DNA from: Macrostomum lignano
Lineage: Eukaryota
Reading direction: 5' to 3'
Length of the DNA stretch: 64,000 nucleotides
NCBI GenBank assembly: GCA_002269645.1
Contig: NIVC01000658.1
Location: 310,001-374,000 of the forward strand
Below are positions 47,891 through 61,254 of the stretch, piece after piece. Position numbers and translations under genes: made by a program. The notes beneath the pieces are model-generated. The model was not told the origin of the DNA. It saw only the letters and a program-made list of their open reading frames with translations, and did no database searches. Numbering within the stretch: the first letter of the stretch is position 1; every line of letters starts with the position of its first letter.

Positions 47891-48799
47891 CGAATCCATT
47901 CGTGAGCTCATAAGCGGAAGTCACTCATGAAACCAAGACCTCAGTCAGTCTTTCACTCACTCCAGCATACCTTCTGCATTAGAAGTTCACACTCAATGCC
48001 ACTTAGCTCAAGTCCTGGCATTCGTCAACCAATAAGCACTATCGCTGTACTTTACAGATTAGCAAATTGGCAAGAACAAAATTGCAGCATTCAATTCGCA
48101 ATGTCAATCAGAGCGAAACAGCAATTTCAAATGGAAAATGCAAAAACACAAACCACCCTTAGCCTCGGCAGAATGTGAAAGAGTCAATGATTTTTTTTTC
48201 AATTTCGCGCGCTTAAAAGTTCTCCAGTCTTGTGCAGCTCCCTGGGGACCACCGACCGGCACTTCCCAGCGACTCAGACAGAGAGCCAGTCCCAGTGCCA
48301 GCTGAAGTGCCAAAGGAATTGATGGCTTTTTGCTTCCAGCTGACAGAAGATTCAGGCAATTTGTCGCCAGGCCCCCCAGTCTTTTGCCTTCTTCACCCGG
48401 CCAACTCCCTTCCCAGGGAACCACTTGAGCCTGATGAGGCTTGTTAAAGCTGTCCAGCATCCCGCATGGCAACAAACACTGGGGGGTAGCAGGCAGCCAG
48501 CAGTAGCAGCAGCAGCAGAGACAGCAAGAGCTCAGAAAGCAGCAGATGAGGACAAAGGAGCCAAAGCTGAGTTTTTCCCTTCTCTGCCGTCTGTCAACTT
48601 GAGACCAGGGACTTAATCTGCTTATGCAAATCAGGCCCTCGTCTTATTAACTCCGAGCCTCGAGTACAACTTGAATTACACATGGGGGCTTAAAACTCTC
48701 AGAGTGCGACAGGGTGTCTGACCTGTGCCAAACCCTTGCACTCATCTTTCACTCAGTCTTAATCTTGATGAGGCTGTCTAGCTCTGCAGAGTTAAACCT

Positions 48800-49260
48800 T
48801 TACTGTACGACTATGCTATCTCATCCTTCAATTTCATGTCCATCTCACCCTTTAATCTCATTCTTATCTCACCCTTCAATCTCATACCTATCTCACCCTT
48901 CAATCTCATGTCTATCTCACCCTTCAGTCCCATACCTATCTCACCCTTCAATCTCATGTCTATCTCACCCTTCAGTCCCATACCTATCTTACCCTTTAGT
49001 CTCATACCTATTTCACCCTTAAATCCCATACATATCTCACCCTTCAACCTCATTCTTATCTCACCGTTTTAATCTTATTCTTATCTCACCCTTTAATCTG
49101 ATGTCTAGCTCACCCTTTAATCTCATTCTTATCTCACTCTTCAATCTCATACCTATCTCATCCTTAAATCTCATTACTTATCTCACCCATCAATCTCATA
49201 TCTTATCTCACCTGCTAATTTCATTCTTGTCTCACCCTTCAATGTCATTCTTATCTCGCC
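48800..49260. repeat. Degenerate repeat of about 24 bp (ATCTCACCCTTCAATCTCATACCT)
   Basis: Recurrent ATCTCACCCTT core. Confidence 0.88.
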
Positions 49261-49984
49261 CTAAATCTCAATGGGTAAAACTTATCCCAACTGTAAATGT
49301 TGCACAATAAACTACATAAATGAGTGGCCAACTAAAACAGTGTCAGAATCAGTGACTATCTAAGCTACTCAGTCACAATTCCACGCGTACTCAGTACGGT
49401 GTCCAGAATCTCTCAGCCCATCAACCCCCTGGTGCTGTGTACGGGCTGCACTGCATTTAGCATTGACTGGCTGACTTATCACTCAATGTTCCTACAGCTG
49501 TGCACCTGGGCCGGCCTGGCAGCAATGACAACACGTAGCCATACCCCCCCAGCTATAACCCCCTCTCTACATCGCCAGGTCAGAAGCCCCTGAAACCAAG
49601 GTTTTTTTCTGTTTAAAAATCCTGACAGGGCCACCGGCGACATAGTGGCACTTATTGGAAGCTTGCGCTGAGCTCATTAATAATTCATCACTGGGACGCT
49701 GCGGGTTGGCGGGTCGGTTGGGGAAGGCATTGTGGGGAGGAGGCAGGTGCTACGTTAAGCCAAGTGGAGTTTCTGCGCTGGGGCGAGTGTGTTGTTAGCT
49801 TTTAAAAGACCGACTCAAAAGCTGGAAAAATTAACGGCCTAAAAATCCTTCCGTTAACTTGCTCAGCGGTTGATAAACTTTTAACACCCCAATATGGCGC
49901 CTCTGTAACCCTCCTAAGTGGCGCCCCTGTAAAACCCTGAGTGGTCTATGACACTGAGTGGGCAGTGGGCTGCTGAGTGATTGC

Positions 49985-50305
49985 AGCTACTGACACCCAT
50001 GGTTACAGATCCTGACCCACATGATTGCAGTTCCTGACACCCATGATTGCAGTTCCTGACACCCATGGTTGCAGTTCCTGACTCCTGACATGATTGCAGT
50101 TCCTGACACCCATGGTTGCAGTTCCTGACTCCTGACATGATTGCAGTTCCTGACACCCATGATTGCAGTTCCTGACTCCTGACATGATTGCAGTTTCTGA
50201 AACCCATGATGGCAGTTCCTGACTCCTGACATGATTGCAGTTCCTGACACCCATGATTGCAGTTCCTGACACCCATGATTGCAGTTCCTGACTCCTGACA
50301 TGATT
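49985..50305. repeat. 22-28-bp repeat (CATGATTGCAGTTCCTGACACC)n
   Basis: Visible tandem units. Confidence 0.94.
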
Positions 50306-50934
50306 GCCCCCTGTGCACGCCACTAGACGGTCAGCCCTTTCCCACAAGTGATTAGTTACCTGCCCTCTGCCCAAACAGTGCTAATCTGATTGATTCATCC
50401 TTAAACCCCCTCCCCCCACCCCCCTCCCCCATCCCCCCATCCCCCCAGCTTGCTGTTGATGTCGCGTGGGTCAACACGAATGACGAGCAAACAAAGCAGC
50501 GTGTTTACCCGGGTGAAAGGCTGGGATAGGGGTCTCCTGGAAACCAGAGTGTCCCGGCCAATAGTGCCACGAATTTCTATAATACCTTTGTCTATTATTT
50601 TCTCTCTGGCTGCAATTCTTATCAGACAGACACTGTAATTGGCTGTGCGAGTCTCTTAACCAGGTGTGTGGCTGACTGACACGAGATAATTGACTGACAG
50701 GGTGCACGGGGTTCGGGTGCTGACAAGGACAGGTTGGAGGGGGGCGGAGGGCAGGTTAAGGAAGACGAAATCACGCAGGGCAAATAATCCTCGACAGAAC
50801 GAAGATTCGCCCCCAAACACGCGTTTTCTAACCCTCTTGCTGCTGAAATGCTGTGGAAGCACTGGGGAAGGTAGCCATTTTTTCTGTTAAAACTTTGTTT
50901 TTTTTCTGTGGGCGACTAACTTGAAAACAAGCAG

Positions 50935-51385
50935 GGCAGTGGCTAGATTAGCAATCCATTCTTTTCCTGCATCCTTGTGGGCCAGATTAGCAATCCATTC
51001 TATTCCTGCATCCTTGTGGGCTAGATTAGCAATCCATTCTATTCCTGCATCCTTGTGGGCTAGATTAGCAATCCATTCTACTTCGCATCCACAAATGGGC
51101 TAGATTAGCAATCCATTGTATTCCTGCATCCTTGTAGGCTAGATTAGCAATCCATTCTATTCCTGCATCCTTGTAGGCTAGATTAGCAATCTATTCTATT
51201 CCTGCATCCTTGTAGGCTAGATTAGCAATCCATTCTATTCCTGCATCCTTGTAGGCTAGATTAGCAATCCATTCTATTCCTGCATCCGCATGTGGGCTAG
51301 ATTAGCAAGCCATTCTGTTCCTGCATCCTTGTGGGCTAGATTAGCAATCCATTCTATTCCTGCATCCTTGTGGGCCAGATTAGCA
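50935..51385. repeat. 39-bp repeat (GGCTAGATTAGCAATCCATTCTATTCCTGCATCCTTGTG)n
   Basis: Visible tandem units; partial monomer also near 62920. Confidence 0.95.
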
Positions 51386-51989
51386 TCTCCTGCAACAACA
51401 GTTCAGCAAAGTATTGGCAATCGAGGATGTCTGCAGAAAAATGCAATAAGCCCCCCCCCCTGCCAGGTCCTTGACCGCGTAGGAGATGCTCAGGAAACAC
51501 ATGGCTGAGCACACAGCTGGGGATGCACCCTGTGGCCCGCTCAGGAGGTTAGCAACTGCTGAGCAGCAGCGCCAGCCCCAATTTGCATATTGATAAAGTC
51601 ATTACAACAGCGGTCGGTCGGATGAGCATCAGCTCAGAGGCCTGAGCAGCTGAGTTGGGAGGAGACACACAATATAAGCTCGCACTGTATTATGTAATAA
51701 GGCTCCCCCAAGTCTGGGCTGACGGCGAAATCTTTTCTGCTTAAACAAGTTCTACTAAAATCCCATCGGAGAATTCATAACTGTTAATTAGGTCATGTAT
51801 AAAAACTAAGTATTAAACCTCTATCGTTTGATCCTGGTGATTGTTTTAAAATATTGCATAAAATATTGTATGGTTTAACATTGAGCCTATAATTCTCTCT
51901 TTTACTACTGTACCTTTCTCCCCTCTCTCCCACCGTCCTACCTATCCCGATTTCTCAAAGCCAATCTCCCTGCCTTTAATCATCCCTCT

Positions 51990-52495
51990 TCCATCTCCCG
52001 TCTCCCATCTGCGGTCTCCCATCTCCCGTCTCCCATCTGCGGTCTCCCATCTCCCATCTCCCATCTCCCATCTCCCATCTCCCATCTCCCATCTCCAATA
52101 TATCAAATCTCATCCCCCATCTCCAACCTCCCATCTCTCATATCTTATCTCCTATCTCCCATCTCCGGTCTCCCATCTCCCATTTCCCATCTCCCATATA
52201 TTATCTCTCATCTCCCATCTCCCATCTATCATCTCTCATCTCCCATCTCCCATCTATCATCTCTCATCTCCCATCTCCCATCTCCCATCTATCATCTCTC
52301 ATCTCCCATCTCCCATCTCCCATCTTCCACCTCCCATCTCCCATCTCCCATCTCCCATATATCGTCTCCCATCTCCCATCCCCCATCTATCATCTCTCAT
52401 CTCCCATCTCCCATCTCCCATCTCCCATCTCCCATCTATCATCTCTCATCTCCCATCTCCCATCTCCCATCTTCCATCTCCCATCTCCCATTTCC
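51990..52495. repeat. (CTCCCAT)n heptamer repeat
   Basis: Direct reading. Confidence 0.94.
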
Positions 52496-52902
52496 CTTCC
52501 TCCACCGCTCCTCTTTCATCTTCACTCTTCCCTCTCCCCTCTCTCATCTCCTTTATTTTCCATTTGTCCACAGTCTACCCTTTCCTCACTGACATTTTGC
52601 TCCGGTAAATAAAATAGTCAAAACCAGATTAGGCCCCTTCATCCAACAAGCCATCAGATACGCTCGTACATAAAAAAGTTGGTATTCAGAATGTTGCAAG
52701 AGAAAGTTTTACAGCTACAGATATATTTGCTCGTTATAGACTTCGATTAGTCGATCAGTCCGCAAGACAAAACTGCAAATCAGCGAGTCAGGGCCGTCCT
52801 GTCGCTTGTGCCTGACTTTGCTATCCACGGACAAATGCCACGAACATAAAATTAACCTTATAGTTTCAGGTAGTGAGACAGTTGTTTCACCAGAATGACT
52901 TG

Positions 52903-53212
52903 ACTCTTCCTCTCCCTCCCCGACTCTTCCTCTCCCTCCCCGACTCTTCCTCTCCCTCTCCGACTCTTCCTCTCCCTCCCCGACTCTTCCTCTCCCTCCC
53001 CGACTCTTCCTCTCCCTCTCCGACTCTTCCTCTCCCTCCCCGACTCTTCCTCTCCCTCCCCGACTCTTCCTCTCCCTCTCCGACTCTTCCTCTCCCTCCC
53101 CGACTCTTCCTCTCCCTCCCCGACTCTTCCTCTCCCTCCCCGACTCTTCCTCTCCCTCCCCGACTCTTCCTCTCCCTCTCCGACTCTTCCTCTCCCTCCC
53201 CGATTCTTCCCT
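52903..53212. repeat. 20-bp repeat (CGACTCTTCCTCTCCCTCYC)n
   Basis: Visible tandem units. Confidence 0.96.
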
Positions 53213-53849
53213 CCCTTCCAACTTTCCAACATTAATGTCCCCCGAGACAGGCCGAGTGCAGGTCTGCCAGAGTTGAAGACACTCATGCACACACCTTGCA
53301 ACAAAAAAACGGTCCTACAGGCTGCCGTGACAGGCTGTCACACCCTGCCGCGCCAAGAAAAATACAACAGTTTAAATCGCTCGTACCGGCCCCAGTAACA
53401 GGCATTGCAGCCGTGCCTTACCCCACCTAAGCAGGAATTTCTAAAAAGAAAACTTTTCAGTCGATCTCGAATCTCGCCCTGACGACGACCCTCGCCTCCT
53501 CGCCTCCCCAACCCGGCACGGAGATGTCGAAGTTGCTTAGCGGCGCAGAAGCCCCAGACGCGCTGGGGCTGACAAGAATCTGCTTTCTGTGCCACCAGTA
53601 GAGTCAGCTCGGGGTCAGAGAAACAGCGAAAGTTAACAAACTGGCTATGGATGGGGAAATTGGGCTAGAACTGTGCCGCAAAATCTGGGCAGGGGGTCCC
53701 TTCTCCGTAGCGCGGCCGTATAGCCAGTGGATTCCAGTTGATTCCTACCAATTTGCACTTTGCAGGCATATTTTTCTTCGGCTGAAGCAGCGGAAATCAG
53801 GTCCCCGCAGAATCCACTTTTTAATCAGTGAGTTGCGCTAAACTTTTAT

Positions 53850-54224
53850 GCTGACTGACTGACTGACTGACTGACTGACTGACTGACTGACTGACTGACT
53901 GACTGACTGACTGACTGACTGACTGACTGACTGACTGACTGACTGACTGACTGACTGACTGACTGACTGACTGACTGACTGACTGACTGACTGACTGACT
54001 GACTGACTGACTGACTGACTGACTGACTGACTGACTGACTGACTGACTGACTGACTGACTGACTGACTGACTGACTGACTGACTGACTGGCTGACTGACT
54101 GACTGACTGACTGACTGACTGACTGACTGACTGACTGACTGACTGACTGACTGACTGACTGACTGACTGACTGACTGACTGACTGACTGACTGACTGACT
54201 GACTGACTGACTGACTGACTGACT
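53850..54224. repeat. (CTGA)n microsatellite
   Basis: Direct reading. Confidence 0.98.
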
Positions 54225-54669
54225 GGATTCATCTGGAATCACCATTCACCATGTCACTCCCGTATCTCATGTTTTATTGGCTCATTAACTCCATCAGTGT
54301 CACTCTGAACTCCAAAGCGGCACTCCGTCAGTGTCACTCCAGTTCCCCAATCCCTAAACCGTATTTCGTCACCTGTGCCCCCTGTGCAGCAACCCCCAGC
54401 ACAAAAGCGTGCAGCAGCATCGCAAATTCCGTTTCAAAACTGAATCACCACTGAACTGGAAAACGCAGACAATGTTTTATTACAGTACAGCAGCTTTTGC
54501 ATCAACAGTGTGCGTGTGGACTGAAGTTGCATTCATTTTTTCACACTCGTTTGCCTGACTGACCAAATCTGTGCGCCAGTAGGACTGGGGTTGCCGGCCG
54601 CCTGCTGCACTGCGGCACAGACTGGAGATGAATTATGCGGGATTTGGGAATTTCCCAGTGTCTCACCTA

Positions 54670-56395
54670 CACTCTCCCTCCCTCTCCCCATCCCTCTCCC
54701 TCTCCCTCTGCTTCTCACTCTGCTTCTCCCTCTCCCTCTCCCTCTCCCTCTCCCTCTCCCTCTCCCTCTCCCTCTCCCTCCCCCTATCTCTCTCCCTTTC
54801 CCTCTCCCTCTCCATCTCCCTCTTCCTCTCCATCCCCCTCTCCCTCTCCCTCCCCCTGTCTCTCTCCCTCTGCTTCTCACTCTGCTTCTCCCTCTCCCTC
54901 TCACTCTCCCTCTCCCTCTCCCTCTCCCTCTCCCTCTCCCTCTCCCTCCCCCTATCTCTCTCCCTTTCCCTCTCCCTCTCCATCTCCCTCTTCCTCTCCA
55001 TCCCCCTCTCCCTCTCCCTCCCCCTGTCTCTCTCCCTCTGCTTCTCACTCTGCTTCTCCCTCTCCCTCTCACTCACCCTCTCCCTCTCCCTCTCCCTCTC
55101 CCTCTCCCTCTGCTTCTCACTCTGCTTCTCCCTCTCCCTCTCACTCACCCTCTCCCTCTGCCTCTCCCTCTACCTCTCCCTCTCCCTCTACCTCTCCCTC
55201 TCACTCACCCTCTCCCTCTCCCTCTCCCTCTCCCTCCCCCTCTCCCTCTCCCTCTTCATCTCCCTCTTCATCTCCCTCTCCCTCTTCATCTCCCTTTCCC
55301 TCTCCCTCTCCCTCTCCCTCTCCCTCTCCCTCTCCCTCTCCCTCTCCTCTCCCTCTCCCTCCCCCTATCTCTCTCCCTCTCCCTCTCCCTCTCCCTCTCC
55401 CTCTCCCTCCCCCTATCTCTCTCCCTTTCCCTCTCCCTCTCCCTCTCCCTCTTCCTCTCCATCCCCCTCTCCCTCTCCCTCCCCCTGTCTCTCTCCCTCT
55501 GCTTCTCACTCTGCTTCTCCCTCTCCCTCTCCCTCTACCTCTCCCTCTCCCTCTACCTCTCCCTCTCCCTCTACCTCTCCCTCTCACTCACCCTCTCCCT
55601 CTCCCTCTCCCTCTCCCTCCCCCTCTCCCTCTCCCTCTTCATCTCCCTCTTCATCTCCCTCTCCCTCTTCATCTCCCTTTCCCTCTCCCTCTCCCTCTCC
55701 CTCTCCCTCACCATCCCCCTCTCCCTCTCCCTCTCCCTCTCCCTCTCCCTCTCCCTCTCCCTCTCCCTCTCCCTCCCCCTATCTCTCTCCCTTTCCCTCT
55801 CCCTCTCCCTCTCCCTCTTCCTCTCCATCCCCTCTCCCTCTCCCTCCCCCTGTCTCTCTCCCTCTGCTTCTCACTCTGCTTCTCCCTCTCCCTCTCCCTC
55901 TTCCTCTCCATCCCCTCTCCCTCTCCCTCCCCCTGTCTCTCTCCCTCTGCTTCTCACTCTGCTTCTCCCTCTCCCTCTACCTCTCCCTCTCCCTCTACCT
56001 CTCCCTCTCCCTCTCCCTCTCCCTCTGCCTCTCCCTCTACCTCTCCCTCTCCCTCTACCTCTCCCTCTCACTCACCCTCTCCCTCTCCCTCTCCCTCTCC
56101 CTCCCCTCTCCCTATCCCTCTTCATCTCCCTCTTCATCTCCCTCTCCCTCTTCATCTCCCTTTCCCTCTCCCTCTCCCTCTCCCTCTCCCTCACCATCCC
56201 CCTCTCCCTCTCCCTCTCCCTCTCCCTCTGCCTCTCCCTCTCCCTCCCCCTCTCCCTCTCCCTCTCCCTCTCCCTCTCCCTCTCCCTCTCCCTCTCCATC
56301 TCCATCTCCATCTCCATCTCCCTCTCCCTCTCCCTCTCCCTCTCCCTATCTCTCTCCCTCTCCCTCTCCTTCTTCTTCCCTCCCTCTACCTCTGC
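54670..56395. repeat. (CTCTCC)n-based compound repeat
   Basis: Direct reading. Confidence 0.96.
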
Positions 56396-56713
56396 CTCTA
56401 ACGCTACATCAGACAAGGTTATATGAGGCCGGGAGCTCTTGCAAGTGCTAGTACAATAATAAGGGCTCCTAGCTATAATTCTGCATGGTAATTAATTGCC
56501 TCAAGTTTCTCAGCCGCTTAGATAAATATTCAGTTATTTCTCATGAAAGTGAAAGCAATAATTATACAGACGCAATCGATGATTTGGCCTTTAGTTGCTG
56601 CTTCCGCTGTTTTCCGCTGAGAAATCAATGATCCTGATAGATAGATTATCATAGAGAGGGTAGAGAGTGAAGTATATGGCATAGTTCAGGGACATCTAAA
56701 ATAGATACTTGGA

Positions 56714-56925
56714 CTAGATTAGCCGAAGCTCTGCCTCGAAGCGACTCTCTCGAAGGGGGACGGAGAGATGAAGATTGGGAAGAAGCTGATCGAAGAGAAA
56801 CCAGTGACGGCTCATCTCAAGCGTCTTGTAGGCTTGGCTGGCCAAGAGGAAACTGCCACATTAGATATATGTAGACGTCTTCCGCGGAAAACTTCCAGAG
56901 GCCATCAAACTTCATCCAAGGCTCT
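56714..56925 (-). CDS. Possible terminal exon of an unidentified gene (one apparent frameshift)
   Basis: CGCAG acceptor; EPWMKFDGLWKFSAEDVYIYLMWQ then shifted frame FLLASQAYKTLEMSRHWFLFDQLLPNL...ELRLI* reads protein-like. Confidence 0.25.
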
Positions 56926-57127
56926 CTGCGTCAGCACAGCTGTGCATGCGGTTGCATGTGGGACTCAGTTGCTAAGCTAATTATTATCAATATTGCGTGA
57001 GCATCGATTTCGTATAGCAGGGGGAGGGGGATCAATTGGAGCACTGGTTTGAGAAGATTAACGGCGGTTGTTTAGTAAGTGGATTAAGCATTACAAATTA
57101 ATTGTTTGTAGTTCATTATTGTGTACC

Positions 57128-57495
57128 TTTTAATCCACTTTCGAATATCTTTAATCAAAATTCGAATATCTTTAATCCACTTTCGAATATACTTAATCCA
57201 CTTTCGAATATCTTTAATCCACTTTCGAATATCTTTAATCCACTTTCGAATATCTTTAATCCACTTTCGAATATCTTTAATCCACTTTCGAATATCTTTA
57301 ATCCACTTTCGAATATCCATAATCCACTATCGAATATCCTTAATCCACTATCGAATATCCATAATCCACTTTTTAATATCTTTAATCCACTTTCGAATAG
57401 CCGCAGTCCACTTTTTAATATCTTTAATCGACTATCGAATATCCTTAATCCACTTTCGAATATCTTTAATCTACTTTCGAATATCTTTTATCCAC
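57128..57495. repeat. 21-bp repeat (TTTAATCCACTTTCGAATATC)n
   Basis: Visible tandem units. Confidence 0.95.
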
Positions 57496-58081
57496 TTTGA
57501 TTATTCTCAAACAATTTTGAATAACCCACGTTCGAGTATCCTTATTCCACTATTAGATACTCTTAACCCTCTTTCAACTATCTCTATTAAAAATAGCTTC
57601 TACGCACTACTCGTGAGTAGAAACGTAAGAATCCAAGGAGTTTTCAATTTTCAATAAAAACAGCCGACCTTTTAGCCAATGGATATTTTCTTGGCTTCGA
57701 GCTTTCAGAGGCTACGGCAGTACAGATGCTGACAAGCAAGGAAGAGCCTCAGATAGGGATGCTGAGAGATCTTGATGGAGCGCTTGAAGTTGTTTTCTAA
57801 CTTGGAAGTAGATCGCGCCATTAAAAGCAAAAAGGGGGATCAAATTGCAGACAGCCGACGAATTCAATTACCCGAAAGAAATCCTCTTCCCTGTGGGAGA
57901 TGCCGCGAGCTGAGAAACTGTCGCAGTCTCCGCTGCCCGGGCTCTTCGGGACTTCATCCGGGGGGTGGGTGCTTAAGAAGTCACAGCTCACTGCTGTTTT
58001 CGAGTCACTGCATTCTCTGGCCATCCTAACTTGGGTCCTTCTGTCTGCGTGCCTTCATCTATCCACTTCCCTCTCCATCTT

Positions 58082-58562
58082 ATGTGTGAGATCTCTCCCT
58101 CTCATGTGTGAGATCTCTCCCTCTCATGTGTGAGATCTCTCCCTCTCATGTGTGAGATCTCTCCCTCTCATGTGTGTGATCTCTCCCTCTCATGTGTGAA
58201 ATCTCTCCCTCTCATGTGTGAGATCTCTCCCTCTCATGTGTGAGATCTCTCCCTCTCATGTGTGAGATCTCTCCCTCTCATGTGTGTGATCTCTCCCTCT
58301 CATGTGTGAAATCTCTCCCTCTCATGTGTGAGATCTCTCCCTCTCATGTGTGAGATCTCTCCCTCTCATGTGTGTGATCTCTCCCTCTCATGTGTGATAT
58401 CTCTCCCTCTCATGTGTGAGATCTCTCCCTCTCATGTGTGAGATCGCTTCCTCTCATGTGTGAGATCTCTCCCTTTCATGTGTGAGATCTCTCCCTATCA
58501 TGTGTGAGATCTCTCCCTCTCATGTGTGTGATCTCTCCCACTCATGTGTGAGATCTCTCCCT
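58082..58562. repeat. 22-bp repeat (CTCTCATGTGTGAGATCTCTCC)n
   Basis: Visible tandem units. Confidence 0.96.
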
Positions 58563-59226
58563 CAAACACGTGTCTGATTGCTCTAATAACACTTAGAATA
58601 AGCTTGGCTCTCGGTGTGTCAACTTTTAGAGAGGCCACAGTTTTTCTGTAAGCTTTAATTTGCTTGGTTAAGAAGCAAAAAAATGGCTGGCACAATTCCC
58701 TAATGAAAATATTTCTCTGCCGGTTGGGTGGTGGGTCATTCACAACCCACTCCCCTAGAGAGAAAGTTAGGCTTTGAGAGTTAGCGCTGAAACAGCATCT
58801 GTGTTGTCTTTGCCAACCACCTAGCCATAGCTATGTAACACTGCTCAGTGGGGGTTGGCAGAGGCGTGAGTCTGCAACTCAGCCGCTCAATTTGTCCGCT
58901 CGGAATACGACAGGGAGAATAAACTGGGCCCAATGATGATGGCTTTTATAGACAGGCGGGCAGCTGGGGGGAAACTGAAAAATGCTTTGGACTGTGAGTG
59001 TGCTCGGGGACTTTGAGTTACTTAGATGGGGTGTGCACTGCCACTCATCCGCCTGCAGCTTAGTGGCTCTATTATTTATTTATCGATTAAGCCACTCAGC
59101 GGCAACCCATTCTTGGGCAGTTTGATGCTCTGCAAGGCCTCCGGGTCCAGCATTTACACTTGGATCCATAGATTGCAGATTCAGCAGTTCTATAGACAAT
59201 TGAAGTTACGAGATATTTAGGCTTTC

Positions 59227-60190
59227 ACTAGATCTCTAAAGACATTGACTAGATCTTTAAAGACATTGACTAGATCTTTAAAGACATTGACTAGATCTCT
59301 AAGGACATTGACTAGATCTCTAAGGACATTGACTAGATCTCTGAAGATATTGACTAGATCTCTAAAGACATTGACTAGATATCTGAAGATATTGACTAGA
59401 TCTCTAAAGACATTGACTAGATCTCTAAAGACATTGACTAGATCTCTAAAGATATTGACTAGATCTCTAAAGATATTGACTAGATCTCTAAAGACATTGA
59501 CTAGATCTCCAAAGACATTGACTAGATATCTAAAGACATTGACTAGATCTCTAAAGACATTGACTAGATATCTAAAGACATTGACTAGATATCTAAAGAC
59601 ATTGACTAGATATCTAAAGACATTGACTAGATATCTAAAGACATTGACTAGATATCTAAAGACATTGACTAGATATCTAAAGACATTGACTAGATCTCTA
59701 AAGACATTGACTAGATCTCTAAAGACATTCACTAGATATCTAAAGACATTGACTAGATCTCTAAAGACATTGACTAGATCTCTAAAGACATTCACTAGAT
59801 ATCTAAAGACATTCACTAGATCTCTAAAGACATTGACTAGATCTCTAAAGACATTCACTAGATATCTAAAGACATTCACTAGATCTCTAAAGACGTTGAC
59901 TAGATCTCTAAGAAATGACTAGATCTCTAAGAAATGACTAGATCTCTAAAGACAGTGACTAGACCTCTAAAGACATTGACTAGATCTCTAAAGACATTGA
60001 CTTAGATATCTAAAGACATTGACTAGATCTCTAAAGACATTGACTAGATCTCTAAAGACATTGACTAGATCTCTAAAGACATTGACTAGATCTCTAAAGA
60101 CGTTGACTAGATCTCTAGAGACAGTGACAAGATCTCTAAGACATTGACTAGATCGACATTGACTAGATATCTAAAGACATAGACTAGATC
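59227..60190. repeat. 21-bp repeat (ACTAGATCTCTAAAGACATTG)n
   Basis: Visible tandem units; same family as 1700-2185. Confidence 0.97.
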
Positions 60191-60210
60191 TGAGGATCTG
60201 AGAACTAGAC

Positions 60211-60303
60211 GGCCAACCCCTGAGGCACAGAGTGTGTACATGTCTGACGATTGGAAAGCCAGGGCCGCTGTACACCCTGCGTGATCGTGTATAAATGCGT
60301 GCC
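60211..60303 (+). mobile_element. SINE-like body copy
   Basis: GGCCAACCCCTGAGGCACAGAGTGTGTACATGTCTGAC...CAGGGCCGCTGTACACCCTGCG...GTGCC. Confidence 0.6.
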
Positions 60304-61254
60304 TTCGTACAGATTTTGTGCTCAGGAGTGAGTGGAACGGGCAGAATTGTTCCAGCGCTGGTTGTGGATAATTCCCTGGGACCATATCTATTGACCAGCT
60401 GCACTGGTGTATGTTAATTCGGCACACTTGACCCCAGCTAGCCTCATCGTGAATAGAAAAACGCAAAAGTAGACGCCCTCTCGCTGTCTTCTCCCAGGAG
60501 AAGAAGCCCTGGCTGTTATCTGAACAGCAACCCCATCCCTCAGCCTCTCTTTCCTTTCCTCAGTTTTTAATGGTGTCGAAAGTCATCAGTGCTGACAGGG
60601 CGGGCGCAGGCTCGTCTGAGATGCCCACTCAGATGCTGCTATTCTCACCTTCTATCGCCAGGCTCTCAGCTTCATCATTTCCCCCTAGATAGATATGGAT
60701 TCCTCTCCCTAGCCCCTCAGCACCGTCAGCTGGCAGAGTGTAGACGGCTCTTCTCAGCGTCAGTTTTATGCATGTATAAAATAAAAGCCTGAAAAACACG
60801 TTCTTAGCCTCGGTGTAAAAAAATAACAGCAATTTATTAGCAGCCGCCGAGACCACTTTGTTTTGAGCATTTTCAAAAGAATTCTCACTAAACTCAAGCT
60901 GCTCAACTTGGCTTGCCGAGGCGGCTCGGAGGGGGGGGGTGCAGAGGGAATTAGATTTGATTCAGCTTGGCGCCCCGCCGACTGCTGCTGCGAAATATTT
61001 TCTGAATTTGTCTCTAACGAGTTGCTGGTTGCTGCTGCTGCTGCTAGGGGGAAGGGGCCGGATTGAAAGAGAAGAGAGCAAGGGAAGAGTGACTGCGTGC
61101 GGGCCTGTTCAAGTGCCTCTGTCTGCCAGTGTGAGGGATTTATCACCTACGCACTGATTTTCGCCACCGCCTCGTGCTTTTCAACTGCATCTGCCTGTTT
61201 AACACCTGCTTGCTGCCTTCTAGTGCAGGCTCTATTCACATTTTACCTGCCTCT

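Noticed and set aside
48425-48460. CTGATGAG hammerhead-like core
   Set aside because: No GAAA follows and stems I and III cannot be formed.
47930-48620. Short overlapping ORFs on both strands (also 20516-21311, 32154-33086, 50450-50890, 60589-61157, 62060-62979)
   Set aside because: No recognisable domains or consistent splice chain; expected by chance in GC-rich sequence.
60233-60275. Minimal hammerhead in the SINE-like body (CTGACGA-TTG-GAAA)
   Set aside because: There is no A-U closing pair or UH cleavage triplet, other copies lose the core, and a simple hairpin with a compensatory change explains the sequence better.
60107-60466. WD40-like peptide (HAGCTAALAF...LCASG)
   Set aside because: It overlaps the dispersed SINE-like body, whose other copies do not preserve the frame.
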